Both the position numbers and the translations under genes were made by a program. Positions 11,426-24,030 of a stretch of DNA of 64,000 nt are shown piece after piece (within the stretch, counting starts at the first letter, position 1; each line of letters starts with the position of its first letter). The notes beneath the pieces are model-generated. The model was given only the letters and a program-made list of their open reading frames with translations, searched no databases and was not told where the DNA came from. This stretch comes from Heterodontus francisci (lineage: Eukaryota). The stretch is from assembly GCF_036365525.1 (NCBI RefSeq), contig NC_090410.1, positions 7,267,873-7,331,872 on the forward strand. The letters run 5' to 3'.

Positions 11426-12059
11426 ATGTAATTATTATAATGGACAATGTGAGGGCATATGTTGGTTACAATTAGAGATTAAGGCAAGATGCAGTGACAG
11501 AAATAAGCCAAAGAGCATTTTGGGGCTGTGTAGAATCAAACACACAGAGCTGTACATTCTGTGAAATGAAGGCAATGGACTGACGGGAGGCTCGCGGGTC
11601 ACTAATTCACAAAGAACAGGAGTTCTTTTTATGGATGACTGAATTCCAAGATGTTACTTAAATGTTATTCACTGTGTTTCATCGTCCCTGCCACCCTCCC
11701 GCTCTCTTCTATCTCAGCTAGAAGGCAGTGATTCCTTGAGCAGCAGGCACTCTCTGTACTGGGGCCATGTGTGATTCTCAGTGGATTATCTGATCATGGC
11801 AGAGGTACTATAGCTGAATTTGACCCTGTCCTTAGCCAATGCCAACATCAGCTGTTGGATAATTCTTTTAATATGCCCAATAATTAACCACATTCATTAT
11901 CCTTTCCAAACACTAATCATATGTCTACATACAGAACCATATATGCAGTCCTAGATCTGGAAAACTCATGTAAAGAACTCCCCGGGAATCGCGAGTGGTA
12001 CCTCCCCTCGAATGTAGCTCAGGATCCTTAACTGATCTTTGCTTTGTTGATGGGGGGGT

Positions 12060-12416
12060 GGGGAGGTCGGTAACCAGAGGCCATATGTTTAAGATAATTG
12101 GCAAAGAAATGCCAGAGGGGGAGAGGAGGAGAAATGTTTTTACGCAGTGAGTTGTTGTGATCTGGAATGCGCTGCCTGAAAGGGCGGTGGAAGCAGATTT
12201 AATAGAAACTTTCAAACGGGAATTGGATAAATACTTGAAAAGGAAAAGCATGCAGGGCTATGGAGAAAGAGCAGGGGGTGAGTGGGACTAATTAGATAGC
12301 TCTTTCAAAGAGCTGGCACAGGCATGGAGGGCTGAATGGCCTCCTTCTGTGCTGTATGCTCCTATGTTTAAGATAATTGGCAAAGAAATGCCAGAGGGGG
12401 AGAGGAGGAGAAATGT
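12060..12416 (+). mobile_element. CR1 3' fragment followed by 54-bp duplication
   Basis: TGGAATGCGCTGCCTGAAAGGG...GAATGGCCTCCTTCTGTGCTG tail; 12084-12137 repeated at 12363-12416. Confidence 0.7.
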
Positions 12417-12690
12417 GGTGATAAGTCATGATATATGGTATGATGCTTGGAAAGTAATATGGCTGCTGAAATTACTTTGATAATAAGACATGTGACTGGA
12501 CTGGGTGTGATTTTACGAAGACTTGCATTTATATAGCGCCTTTCATGACCTCAGGATGTCCCAAAGTGCTACAAAACTAATGAAGGAATTCTGAAGTGTT
12601 GTAATGTGTGAGTCTGGCATGCAGGAGCTATTTAATACGCTTGTTCACTCTTGTAAGATTTGTCTAAGTAACTTCTTGTTTGATTTTTAG

Positions 12691-13543
12691 AATCCTCCTC
12701 ACAGTGGTGGTGATCTTCCGAATTTTAATCGTTGCGATTGTCGGCGAGACGGTCTATGAAGATGAGCAGACTATGTTCCTGTGCAACACGCTTCAGCCCG
12801 GCTGTAACCAGGCCTGCTATGATAGAGCTTTCCCCATTTCCCACATCAGGTACTGGGTCTTCCAGATCATCCTGGTGTGCACGCCAAGCCTCTGCTTCAT
12901 CACGTACTCTGTGCACCAGTCGTCCAAACAGAGGGAAAAGCGTTTCTCCACGCTCTATTCTCTTCTGGACCGGGATTTCACCAGAGTGTCTGCGGAACAG
13001 AAAGAGGACACGAAGCCGAGAAGCAGCCTCATCAATGGGATTCTGTGCCAGAGCCGAGAGGGAGCTACACAGGCACTGGAACCAGACTACTTGGAGAGCA
13101 AGAAGATATCTAACCATTCAGGATGGATCAATAGCAAAAACATGAAGATTAAGCGTCAGGAGGGCATATCGAGATTTTACATCATCCAAGTGGTCTTTAG
13201 GAATGCCTTGGAGATTGGCTTCTTGATGGGACAATACTTTCTCTACGGGTTCAACGTTCCTGCAATCTTTGAGTGCGACAGGTATCCTTGTGTCAAAGAG
13301 GTGGAGTGCTACGTTTCCAGGCCGACAGAAAAGACAGTCTTCCTGGTCTTTATGTTTGCAGTCAGCGGCATTTGCGTGGTTCTGAACCTGGCTGAGCTCA
13401 ACCATCTGGGCTGGAGGAAGATCAAGCTGGCTATCAAAGGAGTACAAGCCAAGAGAAAGTCCACGTTCGAGGTTAGGAAGAAGATCCCGCCATATTTCAG
13501 TGCCCAGGGAAGGGCCCAGTCTCGTGAGTCTGCATATGTATGA
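12691..13543 (+). CDS. Gap junction delta-2-like connexin, coding exon 2 (307 aa in total)
   Basis: Acceptor tttttag|A is phase-compatible with exon 1. Encodes [44 protein letters not shown]...[14 protein letters not shown] and C-terminal SAYV*. Exact paralog (gjd2 vs gjd1-like) cannot be resolved without phylogeny. Confidence 0.95.
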
Positions 13544-14021
13544 GTGGCAAGTCTTCAACTAAGTTCCCTTTAAGCCCAACGCCAGCCAAATGCATGGAAA
13601 GAATACTGTATACAATGGAAAAAGATCTGTGCTCGGTCCACGACTGCGGCTTGTCTTTGAAAAGTGTGTCTTGCTGGTAAAGTAAAGATGTTAAAGGACC
13701 AAGTAGTGTGAAGGGAGTCTGCACCTAATGTGTATTGGGGGCAACAACATGGTCAAGTCACTTCTTCTTGGATTTCCAATCTTTTGTACTTGACATTGGA
13801 ACAATATTCAGGATCTGAACCAATGAGGCCTGCCACATCATTCGACTGAACACCTGAATTATGGTGTATAGTTTATTCCCAACATTTTTGCATTTGGTCT
13901 CCACTTGGGAATAAAACTATACAGAATAGCTAATATCACGAGGATTGCTCTTGTTGGCAAAACAGCAACGGAAGTGTTGCACTCCTGGGACTGAGTAACG
14001 AAGCGGGTTCGGTAACGAGGT

Positions 14022-14091
14022 GACAAGGTGGCCGAGCGGTTAAGGTGTTAAACTTGTAATCCACACATGGGTACAAATCTCATCCTTGCTG
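14022..14091 (+). pseudogene. tRNA-Ser(GCT)-derived pseudogene
   Basis: GACAAGGTGGCCGAGCGGTTAAGG...TAATCCA-CACATGGGTACAAATCTCATCCTTGCTG follows vertebrate tRNA-Ser(GCT) (GACGAGGTGGCCGAGTGGTTAAGG...GGGTTCGAATCCCATCCTCGTCG). The variable arm is deleted and the B box and anticodon are degraded. Confidence 0.6.
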
Positions 14092-14099
14092 TTAATTTA

Positions 14100-14445
14100 G
14101 GGGAGATGGTGGTGTAGTGGTAATGTCACCAGACTAGTGATCCAGAGGCCCAGGCTAATGGCCTGGGGAAATGGCTTCGAATCCCACCATGACAGCTGTG
14201 GCATTTAAATTCATTTGATTAATAGAAATCTGAAATTGAAAAGCTAGTCTCTGTAATGGTGCCATGAAACTATCATCAATTGTCGTAAAAACCCATCTGG
14301 TTCACTCATGCCCTTTCAGGAAGGAAATCTGCTGGCCTATATGTGACTCCAGACCCACAGCAATGTGTTTGATTCTTAACTGCCTTCTGAAATGGCCTAG
14401 CAAGTCACTCAGTTCAAGGGGCAATTAGGGATGGGCAACAAATTA
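14100..14445 (+). mobile_element. tRNA-derived SINE sharing head and tail with the LINE at 5385-7910
   Basis: GGTGGTGTAGTGG (A box), TTCGAATCCC (B box), CCCATCTGGTTCAC...GACTCCAGACCCACAGCAATGTG core, GGGCAATTAGGGATGGGCAA tail. Confidence 0.75.
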
Positions 14446-15250
14446 CCTCCTCTTTCACCATTGCCTGGGTTGCATCTTGTTCCTTGGTAAAGACAGATGC
14501 AAAGTATTCATTTAATACCTCAGCTCTGCCCTCTGCCTCCTCGTGTAAATCCCCTTTACGGTCCCTAATCGGCCCCACTCTTCCTTTTACCACCCTTTAA
14601 CTATTTATATGTCTATAGAAAACTTTGGTATTCCCTTTAATATTAGCTGCCAGTCTCTTTTCATGCTCTCTCTTTTGCTTCTCTTATTTCCTTTTCCACT
14701 TCCCCTTTTGACCTTCTATATTCAGCCTGGTTCTCAATTGTATTTTCTACCTAGCATTTGTCATAAGCACACTTTTTCTTCTTTATCTTAATTTCCACCT
14801 CTTTGTCATCCAGGGAGCTCTGAATTTTTTTACCCTACCATACCCCTTTGAGGAAACATACCTTGACTGTGCCCGAATTATCTCTTCTTTGAAGGTCACC
14901 CATTGTTCAGCTACTGTTTCTCCTGCCAACCTTTTGATGCCAATTTATTCGCCCCAGCTCCATTCTTAACCCATAGAAGTTGGCTTTCCCCCAGTTAATT
15001 ATTCTTACTCTGGATTGTTCTTTGTCCTTTTCCGCTTCTTCACACAAAGGGGTAGTGGAAACCTGGAGCTCTGTCCCCCAAAAAGCTGTTGAGGCTGGGG
15101 GTTAAATGAAGATTTCAAAACTGAGATTGATTTTTGTTGGGTAAGGGTATTAAGGGATGTGGAACTGAGGAAGGTAAATTGAGTTAAGATACAGATCAAC
15201 CATGACTAACTGAATGGCAGAAGAGGCTCGAGGGGCCTACTTCTGTTCCA
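14445..15250. mobile_element. CR1 fragments (internal piece on minus, 3' tail on plus)
   Basis: Minus-strand LNEYFASVFT-like segment; plus-strand tail CTTCACACAAAGGG...GAATGGCAGAAG. Confidence 0.55.
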
Positions 15251-15254
15251 TTGT

Positions 15255-15577
15255 TAGAGAGTCAAAGAGAGATATAGCACTGAAACAGGCCCTTCGGCCC
15301 ACCGAGTCTGTGCCGACCATCAAGCACCCATTTATATTAATCCTACATTAATCCCATATTTCCTAACACCTACCTACACTAGGGGCAATTTACAATGGCC
15401 AATTTACCTCTCAACCTGCAAGTCTTTGGCAGTGGGAGGAAACCGGAGCACCCGGCGGAAACCCACCTGGTCACAGGGAGAACTTGCAAACTCCACACAG
15501 GCAGTACCCAGAACCCAAACCCGGGTCGCTGGAGCTGTGAGGCTGCGGTGCTAACCACTGCGCCACTGTGCCGCCCT
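15255..15577 (-). mobile_element. HE1 / V-SINE
   Basis: Same motifs as 3351-3697. Confidence 0.85.
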
Positions 15578-16304
15578 GATGTTCCTGATGCTGCTTTACT
15601 GTTATTGCCATTACCGGTGTTTATTCTCCACATGAGTCTCCTCCCACCCCTCTTCGCACCCTACCAACATATCCTTCTTTTCCTTTTTCACTCATGTGCT
15701 TATCTAGCTTCTCTTTAAATACATCTATGCTATTCACCTCAACAACTCCTAGTGAGTTCAATATTCTCACCCTTTTCTGAATAAAGAAATTTCTCCTGAA
15801 ATGCCCTTTTTTTTAGTATCTTATATTTAAGATCTCTAGTTTTGATCTCCCCCAGAAGTGGGAGCACCTTCTCCACTATTAAACCCCTTCAGTATTTTAA
15901 AGACTTCTATCAGGTCACCTCTCGGCCTTCAGAGAAATTAGCCCAACTTTATTTGGTTAAGATTTATTTAGTTGTAGATTAAGAATAACTACATTCAGTT
16001 CTTAGCACTGTAGCTAGTGGTGGTTTGTCTGAGAGTAACAAATGAAAAAATAGTTAAGAGTTTAAAACATGTGCTGTTTAATGATGAGCCATTTTTACTC
16101 ATACTGCCAATCATACAAACACTTCTGGGTCAGGGGGTGTCGGTTAGGAGATGTCCTGTCCTTGACTGAGTAACAAATTGCATCAATAATTGTACCTAAG
16201 TTGGCTGTTTCCCAATAGGAAAACCCAATCCGAGCCCATGCATATCTGCTAACTGGATTCAGAGGATTGATAGAGACTCAGATATAGGGCATCTGAGCAC
16301 CAGA

Positions 16305-17230
16305 ACAGAAGAAATAGCAGCCGGAGTAAACCAAAGGGCCCATCGAGCCTCCTCCACCATTCAAAACGATCATGGGTGATCTTAAGATTCAACTCCACTT
16401 TCCTGCCTGCTCGCCATATCCCTTGATTCTCTGAGAGACCAAAAAACTGTCTATCCCAGCCTTCAATGTATTCAACAATGGAACATCCACAACCATCTGA
16501 GTGAAGTAATCTCTCCTCATCTCAGTTCTAAATGATCAGCCCTTTATCCTGAGACTGTGCCCCCGTGTTCTAGATTCCCTGACCAGTGGAAACAATCTCT
16601 GTGCCTACCCTATCCAGCCCTTTTAGAATCTTATATGTTTCAATGAGATCACCTCTCATTCTTCTAAACTCCTGAGAATACAGGCTCAATTTACTTAGTC
16701 TCATCATAGGACAATCCTCTCATCCCAGGAACCAATCTAGTTAACCTTCGCTGCACTGCCTTCAATGCAAGTATATTCTTTCTTAAATGTGGAGACGAAA
16801 ACTGCACACAATATTCCAGATGTGGTCTCACCAAAACCCTGAACAATTGTAGCAATACTTCCGTATTCCTGTACTGCAAACCCTTTCAATAACAGCCAAC
16901 ATGACATTTGCCTTCCTAATTGCTTGTTGTACCTGCATGTTAACTTTCTGCATTCCTTGTACAAGCACGCCCAAGTCTCTTTGAACATCGACACTTAGAA
17001 GTTGCACACCATTTTTTCTATTCTTACAACCAAAGTGCATAACTTCACACTTCTCTACATTATACTCCATCTGCCATCTTATTGCCCACTCACTTAAACT
17101 GTCTAGATCTCTTTGCAGCCTCTCTGTCCTCCCCGCAGCTTACCTTTTCACCGAGCTTTGTATCATCAGCAAACTTAAATAAATTACCCTCTGTCTCTTC
17201 ATCTAAGTCATTAATATAGATGGTAAATCT
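16305..17230 (-). mobile_element. CR1 LINE 3' fragment
   Basis: RT C-terminus: KFADD, EKCEVMHFG, LVRPHLEYCVQF, QRRLTRLVPG; frameshifted. Confidence 0.85.
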
Positions 17231-17309
17231 GCCTTCTCAACCATTATTGGTGCATGGTCTAGGTGCACTTTAAAAAAAACTCACACATAAAGAAATGGAC
17301 TCTGTGAAT

Positions 17310-17765
17310 AAGAAAGAAAAGGTCATGCATTTCTATAGCACTTTTCACAACCTCAGTACATCCCAAAGCACTTTACAGTTTACACTTTTTGAAGTGCAGT
17401 CACTGTTGTACTGTAGGAAATGCAGCAGCCAATTTGCACACAGCAAGCTCCCACCAACAGCAATGTGATAATGACCGGATAATCTGTGTTTGTGATGTTG
17501 GTTGAGCAATAAATATTGGCTAGGATATCGGGGAGAACTCTCCTGCTCTACTTCAAAATAGTGCCATGGATCTTTTACATCCACCTGAGAGGGTAGAAGG
17601 AGCATTGGTTTAACGCCTCACCCGAAAGACGGCACCTCCGATAGTGTCGCACTCCCTCAGTACTGCACTGAAGTGTCAGCCTTGATTTTGTGCTCAAGTA
17701 GCTGGAGTGCAACTTGAACCCACAACTTTTTGACTCAGTGGTGAAAGTGCTACCAGCTACACTGC
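17310..17765 (-). mobile_element. DeuSINE
   Basis: Family motifs on minus strand. Confidence 0.75.
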
Positions 17766-17959
17766 TCTAAGATTGTAATCCATTGAGAAACACTAAGAAT
17801 CAAAACGATTTTTTTTTTTTCTCCTTTGTTCCACAGAAGTATATTTTTTAAAAGATTGTTTTTACAATTGGAATTTAAGGCACTGTCTCTCTTTCTTCGT
17901 AATTCTGTTCCTTCCATCTTCAGTCACACTAACCTGGGACCTCCTGCAAGAGCAGTGAT

Positions 17960-18360
17960 GGGATTCAGAAGGTTAAGGGGGTGATTTGATCAAAGTTTTC
18001 AAGATATTATGGGGAACAGACAGGGTGGATAGAGAGAAACTATTTCTGTTGGTTGGGGAGTCTAGGACTGGGGGGCATAGTCTAAAAATTAGCGAAGATC
18101 TTTCAGGAGTGAAATTAGGAAACGCTCCTGCACACAAAGGGTGGTAGAAGTTTGGAACTCTCTTCCATAAACGACATTTGATGCTAGATCAATTGTTAAT
18201 TTTAAATCTGAGATTGATTAGATTTTGGTTAACAGAAGGTAATAAGGAGTTTTGGGCAAAGATGTGGATTTGGAGTTAGGTTGAATATCAGCTATGATCT
18301 CATTAAATGGTAGAATAAGCTTGAGGGGCTCAATGGCCTCCTCTTCCTCTGTTCCTATTT
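17960..18360 (+). mobile_element. CR1 3' fragment
   Basis: RLRGDLI..FKI...DRVDREKLF...; tail AATGGCCTCCTC. Confidence 0.65.
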
Positions 18361-18864
18361 CCTTTTCCCCTAGGGGTTACCAAGGTTTGTTATTACTTTA
18401 TAGCATGTTCTAAGAGGCTGAGGGTGGTGGGATCTTTATTTATTTATCTGCAAGACAAAAGCAGGAAATTAGGAAAAAGTTCACTGAAAAATGAGAGAAA
18501 TCCTAGAAGATCTGTATCATCATTTGAGTGAGGAGTGATGTTCGGATTTTAAATGTTTAATTCCCCAATGTGGTTTACAAACAGAAACTCTTTTGTAACA
18601 ACGTTGTAGAGATAATGTTTGATAATTGTGAGTTAGAATTGTACTGATTTCTGATTCTGTATTGTATTATAATGTGTGTTGATTTTGTTTTGAACTTTGT
18701 ACTCTAGGCATGGTGAAGAAATTACAAGGCAGATTATTTAATATGTGAATGTCTAATTATCTGTTTGTTCAATAATTGTAGAGGGGTCCAAACATAATGA
18801 AACTACTTCTGTGACAAAATAAAGGGTTATTTTTAACTAGACCAGTCTGACTCCTTTCTCCAAT

Positions 18865-19125
18865 AGAGAGGGGCAGAGAGAGATTGCATGAGAGGGGCAA
18901 GTGAAGGGCAGAGAAAGAGTGAGGTTGAGAGGGGCAGAGAAAAAGATAGCGCGAAAGGGGCAAAGAGTGTGGGGAGGGGCAGAGAGAGACTGAGAAAGAG
19001 GGGCAGAGAGAGAGAGCATGCGAGAGGGGCAGATAGGGGTGGAGAGAGACTGTGCGAGAGGGCAGAGAAAGAGAGAGAGTGAGACGAGCAGAGAGAGACA
19101 GCGAGACTGGCAGGGAGAGAGGGGA
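18865..19125. repeat. GA-rich low-complexity repeat (GAGGGGCAGA)n
   Basis: Degenerate purine-rich tandem units. Confidence 0.8.
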
Positions 19126-20634
19126 ATGTTATTGCTCTCTGTAAATTTCTGTGTAAATATATAAGATTTGCAACTGCATTTCGGATCCTGTGAGGCTTTT
19201 GGTGTTTTATAGATTAACGGTTGGCAAGCTTTAAGCCGAGAGTTTGGACAGGTGCCCGAAGGAAGGATTGCTATCAGAGCCAACTTGATGGCAGCTCCTG
19301 TCACACAGTGTTCTCGATTTGTTGATGGCTGTGTGCTCTACTTAACACCCATTTTAATACCTTTCAATATTCAGAGCTTTCTGAAAGTGCGATAAGGCTA
19401 CAATTTTACTGTGTTCTGTGTATCAAACAAAGAGATGTCATGAGGTATTATATTATTATGTATTGTATTATAACTATTTATAATATATCAAAAAAACTTA
19501 TGATTCTGTGCACTCTGTCATCTTTTTCCATTATAAATTCTTAAGTCCACATTTATAATGAAACAATCTACATAAACTTGTCACGCAGCAATTACATCCT
19601 CCCACCAATGGTGACTCTCTAGTGACCTTGGTTTTGTGTTTCCTGGCTCCTCGGCAAAATCCCTCTGCTGCAACCGGTTCTGCTCGATTGTAAAGCCCTC
19701 CATGGTTGAATAGGATTATAGAACAGTTACAGCACAGAAGGCCATTCAGCCCTTCGTGTCCATGCCAGCTCTCTGCAAGAGCAACTCACCTAGTCCCACT
19801 CCCTCGCCTTTTCCCCATAGCCCTGCAATTTTTTTCTCTTCAGATAATGTCCACATCTCTTTTGGCTGCCAGCACTCTGTCTGTCCAGGATCACACATAG
19901 AGGAGCTACCAGAGGGCTGACAGTGCCTCTGGAACTGCACCGTAAGCCAGGGTTAGCTCTTTCCAGTCTCCTCCAAAGGATTTCAAAGTCACAAGATTTG
20001 GCAATTAACTATAGTCACTGAATAATTTGCAATGCCGGATCTCTGTAAACATGTGTTAAATTTTCAGATCATATCGTTCTTTTCTTGCTTTGTAGTTTAA
20101 TAGTTGATGAGCATTAAACAGGGTATTTGGACATGTGCCCAGCTGAGGGATATCTCTTGGAGTGTGAGCTCAGCACCATTCCCACTCCTTTTACACAGTG
20201 CCCTTAATTTGATGATGGCTCTGTGCTGCTTTTTAAACCCATCTTTAAGCTCTCGGAGCTTTTAGCAACTGCCATCTGGCTGCAAGATTTTGAACCGGCT
20301 GTGTGTCAAATGATTATTCTTTTACAGTTTGATAGCGATATTTTAATAGGAAGAGGTGCAAACTATACAGAGGAAACAAATCGGAATGGGAATTTTCTTT
20401 TCTTAAAGAGAAAGAGTTTGCAGGGAGGGAAGGCCCAGTCATTTTCTACTGTTTTGTCTGGTGTTGAGGAAACCAGGAGAGGGTCTCAACAGTGCCCAAT
20501 CCAGAGAAAGGTACAGCGGTGTGGATGATAATTAGCTGCTATTTAACCCAGGAATCTGTTTGAGAAGAAAATAAACTTGAACTTATATAGAATCTCCAGG
20601 ATATCCCAAAGTACGTCATATAACTACTTTTAAA

Positions 20635-21530
20635 TAGAAACATAAGAAATTTACAGCACACAAGGAGGCTATTCAGTCCATCGTGTCTGTGCCAGTCGGA
20701 AAAGAGTCATCCAGCCAACTCCCACTTTTCAGCTCTTGGTCTGTAGCCCTGTAGATTACAACACTTCAAGTGCATTTCGAAGTATTTTTAAAATGTGGTG
20801 AGGGTTTCTGCTTCTACCACACTTTCAGACAGTGAGTTCCAGACCCCCACCACCCTCTGGATGAAAGTTTCTCCTCAACTCCCCTCTAATCCTTCTCCCA
20901 ATTACTTTAAATCTATGCCCTCCTGGTTATTGACCTCACTGCTAAGGGGAATAGGTCCTTCCTGTCCACTCTATCCAGGCCCCTCATAATTTTAAACACC
21001 TCAATTAAATCTCCTCACAGCCTCCTCTTTTCGAAAGAAAACAACCCCAGCCTATCCAATCTTTCCTCGTAGTTAAAATTCTCCATTCCTGGCAACATCC
21101 TCCTAAATCTCCTCTGCACCTCTCTCGTGCGGTCACATCCTTCCTGTAATGCAGTGACCAGAAATGTACGCAGTACTCTAGCTGTGGTATAACTGGTGTT
21201 TTATATATAATTCGAGCATAACCTCCCTGCTTTTATATCCTATGACTCAGCTAGTAAAGGAAAGTACACTATGCCTTCTTAAGCACCCTATCTACCTATC
21301 CTGCTACCATTTATTGTGTATTCCCTTGCCTTGTTTGTCTTCCCCAAAAGCAATGCTTATATTCCTTTGGATTGAATTCCATTTGCCACTTTTCTGCCCA
21401 CCTGGCCAGTCTATTGATATCTTCCTGCACTCTTCAGCTTTCTTCCTCATTATCAACCACATGGCCAATTTTCTTATCATTTGCAAACTTCTTAATCATG
21501 TCCCCTACATTTAAGTGCAACTCGTGGATA
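20635..21530 (-). mobile_element. CR1 LINE 3' fragment
   Basis: KFANDKK, WQMEFN, LEYCVHFWS; tail (CATAAGAA). Confidence 0.75.
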
Positions 21531-22354
21531 TATATACCCCAAAGTCAGCTATGTGGACAAATGAAATTTCTGCACAAATTTATCCCAGAGATAGACGACC
21601 AACTGTTTTGGTAAGTATTGGTTGAAGGAAGAGAAAGACTTGCATTTATATAGCTCCTTTCACATCCTCAGGATGTCCAAAAGCTCTTTATAGCTAATGA
21701 AGTACGGCATCTTTTAGTGCTCATTTCTGGAATAGGACTTGAACTCAAAACCATCTAACTCAGAAGCAAGAGCACTAACCACTAAGCCAAGGCTGACTCT
21801 AGACTTCCATAAAAATGATGCTATGTTGTGTAATTCTGTAGCTCATTGTTTTGTACAATTTTATGAATGAATCAAAGAATGATACAGCACAGGAGGCCAT
21901 TTGGCCCATTTTGCCTGTGCCAGCTCCTTGCTGGAGCTAGCTAATTAATCACACTCCCCCACCTCTTTTCCCACTGCCCTTTTTTTTCCCTTCAAGAATT
22001 TATCCAATTCCCTTTGAAAGTTACTATTGAATCTGCTTCCACTGCCCTTTCAGGCAGCGTGTTCCAGATCACAACAACTCACTGTGTGAAGAAAATGTTT
22101 CTTCATCTTCCCTCTGCTTCTTTTTCTAATCACCTTAAATGGGTGTCCTCTGGTTAACAACCCTTCTACCACTGGAAACAGATTATCCTCATTTACTCTA
22201 TCAAAACCATTCATGAATTTGAACACCTTATGGGGTCTCCTTAGGACATCTCAAAGCCCTTCACAGCCAATGAAGTACTTCTGAAGTGTAGTCATTGTTG
22301 AAGTATAGGCAACTGCGGCAGGTAATTTGTGCACAGCAAGCTCTCACAAATAGC

Positions 22355-23005
22355 AACTTATATTTATATAGCACTGTAAATGTAAGAAAATATCCCAAGG
22401 CGCTTCATAGAGGAATTATCAAACAAAATATGACAGCGAGCCACATAAGGTGATATTAGGGCAGGTGGCCAAAATCTTGGTGAAAGAGATAGGTTTTAAG
22501 GATCATCTTAAGAGAGGGCTGAGGTAGCGAGGCGGAGAGGTTTAGAGAGGGAATTCCAGGGCTGAGGGACTTGCCAACTGAAGGCATGACCACCCATGGT
22601 GGAGTGATTAAAAGCAGGGATGTGCAAGAGGCCAGAGTTTGAGCAGTGCAGATATCTCAGAAGGTTGTGGGGCTGGAGGAGATTAGAGATAGGGAGGGGC
22701 AAGGCTGTGGAAGGATTTGGAAACAAGGGATGGGAATTTTAAAATCAAAGCATTGCTAACCAGGAGCCAATGTAGGTCAGCGAGCACAGGGGGTGATGGG
22801 TGGACGGGACTTGGTGAGAGTTAGGACACAGGCAATAGAGTTTAGGATGAGCTCAAGTTTACGGAGGGTAGAACATGGAAGGCCAGCTAGGTGTGCGTTA
22901 GAATAGTCAAGTCTAGAGGTAACAAAAGCATGGATGAGGGTTTTAGCAGCAGATGAGCTGAGATCGGGGTTGGAGTCAGGCGATGTTAGGGAGGTGGAAA
23001 CAGCA
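22355..23005 (-). mobile_element. L2 LINE 3' fragment
   Basis: AAKTLIHAFVTSRLDYSNAHLAGLP..LRKLELI; GG.AFS..P..WNSL; tail GCGCCTTGGGAT...GCTATATAAAT. Confidence 0.8.
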
Positions 23006-23179
23006 ATGAGATAAATAAGCAGATAATTCTGTTTGTTTTTAGTGATGTTGGATGATTCAAGGCGATGCAATGTTGAGTTTTCCTGCAGCTTAAGTGATTA
23101 GCAAAGTCAATGTGTCCCAATGCAATTCCAGTCTTTGTCCTTGGCTCCATGTTCATTAAAGTAGATGTGAACTTTCAGC

Positions 23180-23850
23180 ATCTGCTAGTTGCTATGGGCA
23201 ATCAACTGCCCCAGTTCTGAGATTGACAGCTGGCTTCAGGGACGCAGGGGAATGACGTCATGAGAACTGCGCCCATGCGTAACTAAATCATTTGTATTAA
23301 GGATAGGGTTCGCCTATTTAATAAATAGAAAATGTTTAAAAATAAACTCCAAAATAGAACAGTTTACCTAATTAATAAATATGTAATTAATAATTACATT
23401 CATTTTGAATACGTTCCTGTTTTTTAAAAGAAGTTAGAGATATTTAAATTATATTCTTTTTTCTCTCTCCCTCCCTCTTTTTATTCTTTGAATGGTGCGT
23501 CCGGTTGCCAACCACGCGTCAACCAAACGCCCTTCTTGATTGACGTCTATGCTCAGCCAATGCTAGGTGCGGATGATGGGCGATTGGCGAATCACGACCG
23601 GTGGGGGGGGCGGGACGAGGCGTGCAGACGTGCGTTAGGTTGCGCGCGGCGGAGCCCGGGCTTCTCGCCGCCTGGGGACGGAGTCGCAGGGGGTCGGCGG
23701 CTCGACGCTCGGGTAACGGGACCTTGGGAGTCGTGGGCTAGCTGGAGAGGATCGCCCGGGGCGGGTCCGTGGTTAACGGGGTCCGGTCTGCACCCCGGTT
23801 CTGAGATTGGCTGGGCAATTCGACTGTGGGGGGCATCACTGCTCAGCCCC
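23180..23850 (+). promoter_or_regulatory. CCDC61 promoter / CpG-rich region with probable non-coding exon 1
   Basis: CpG-dense 23500-23830; X-box-like GTTGCTATGGGCAAT 23188-23202; CRE TGACGTCA 23253-23260; CCAAT boxes (about 23557, 23583, 23805); GC box; candidate donor GG|gtaac near 23712. Confidence 0.65.
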
Positions 23851-23861
23851 TCTCCTCTGTT

Positions 23862-24030
23862 TAATACAACATTTAAGAAGTATTTAGATGAGCACTTGAA
23901 ACGCCATAGCATACAAGGCTACGGGCCAAGTGCTGGAAAATGGGATTAGACTAGATAGGTGCTTGATGGCCAGTACAGACACGATGGGCAGAAGGGCCTG
24001 TTTTTGTGATATATAACTCTAAGACTCTAT
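23862..24030 (+). mobile_element. Short CR1/HER1 3' end in CCDC61 intron 1
   Basis: Near-identical to the 3' ends at 33620-33778 and 44212-44370 (TFKKYLDEHLK...GKWD*). Confidence 0.8.

Noticed and set aside
12680-12690. Single-exon connexin start given by the ORF track
   Set aside because: The TTG start is intronic; the true start is ATG 9562 in exon 1
12725-13558. Overlapping and antisense ORFs within connexin exon 2
   Set aside because: Shadow ORFs of coding sequence with no independent homology
14022-14091. Functional tRNA gene (apparent TGT anticodon)
   Set aside because: B box, anticodon stem and acceptor stem are broken and the variable arm is deleted; called a pseudogene
23488-23949. 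153-aa ORF over the CCDC61 CpG island
   Set aside because: GC-rich stop-poor sequence fused to a CR1 3' fragment; no ATG start or protein homology
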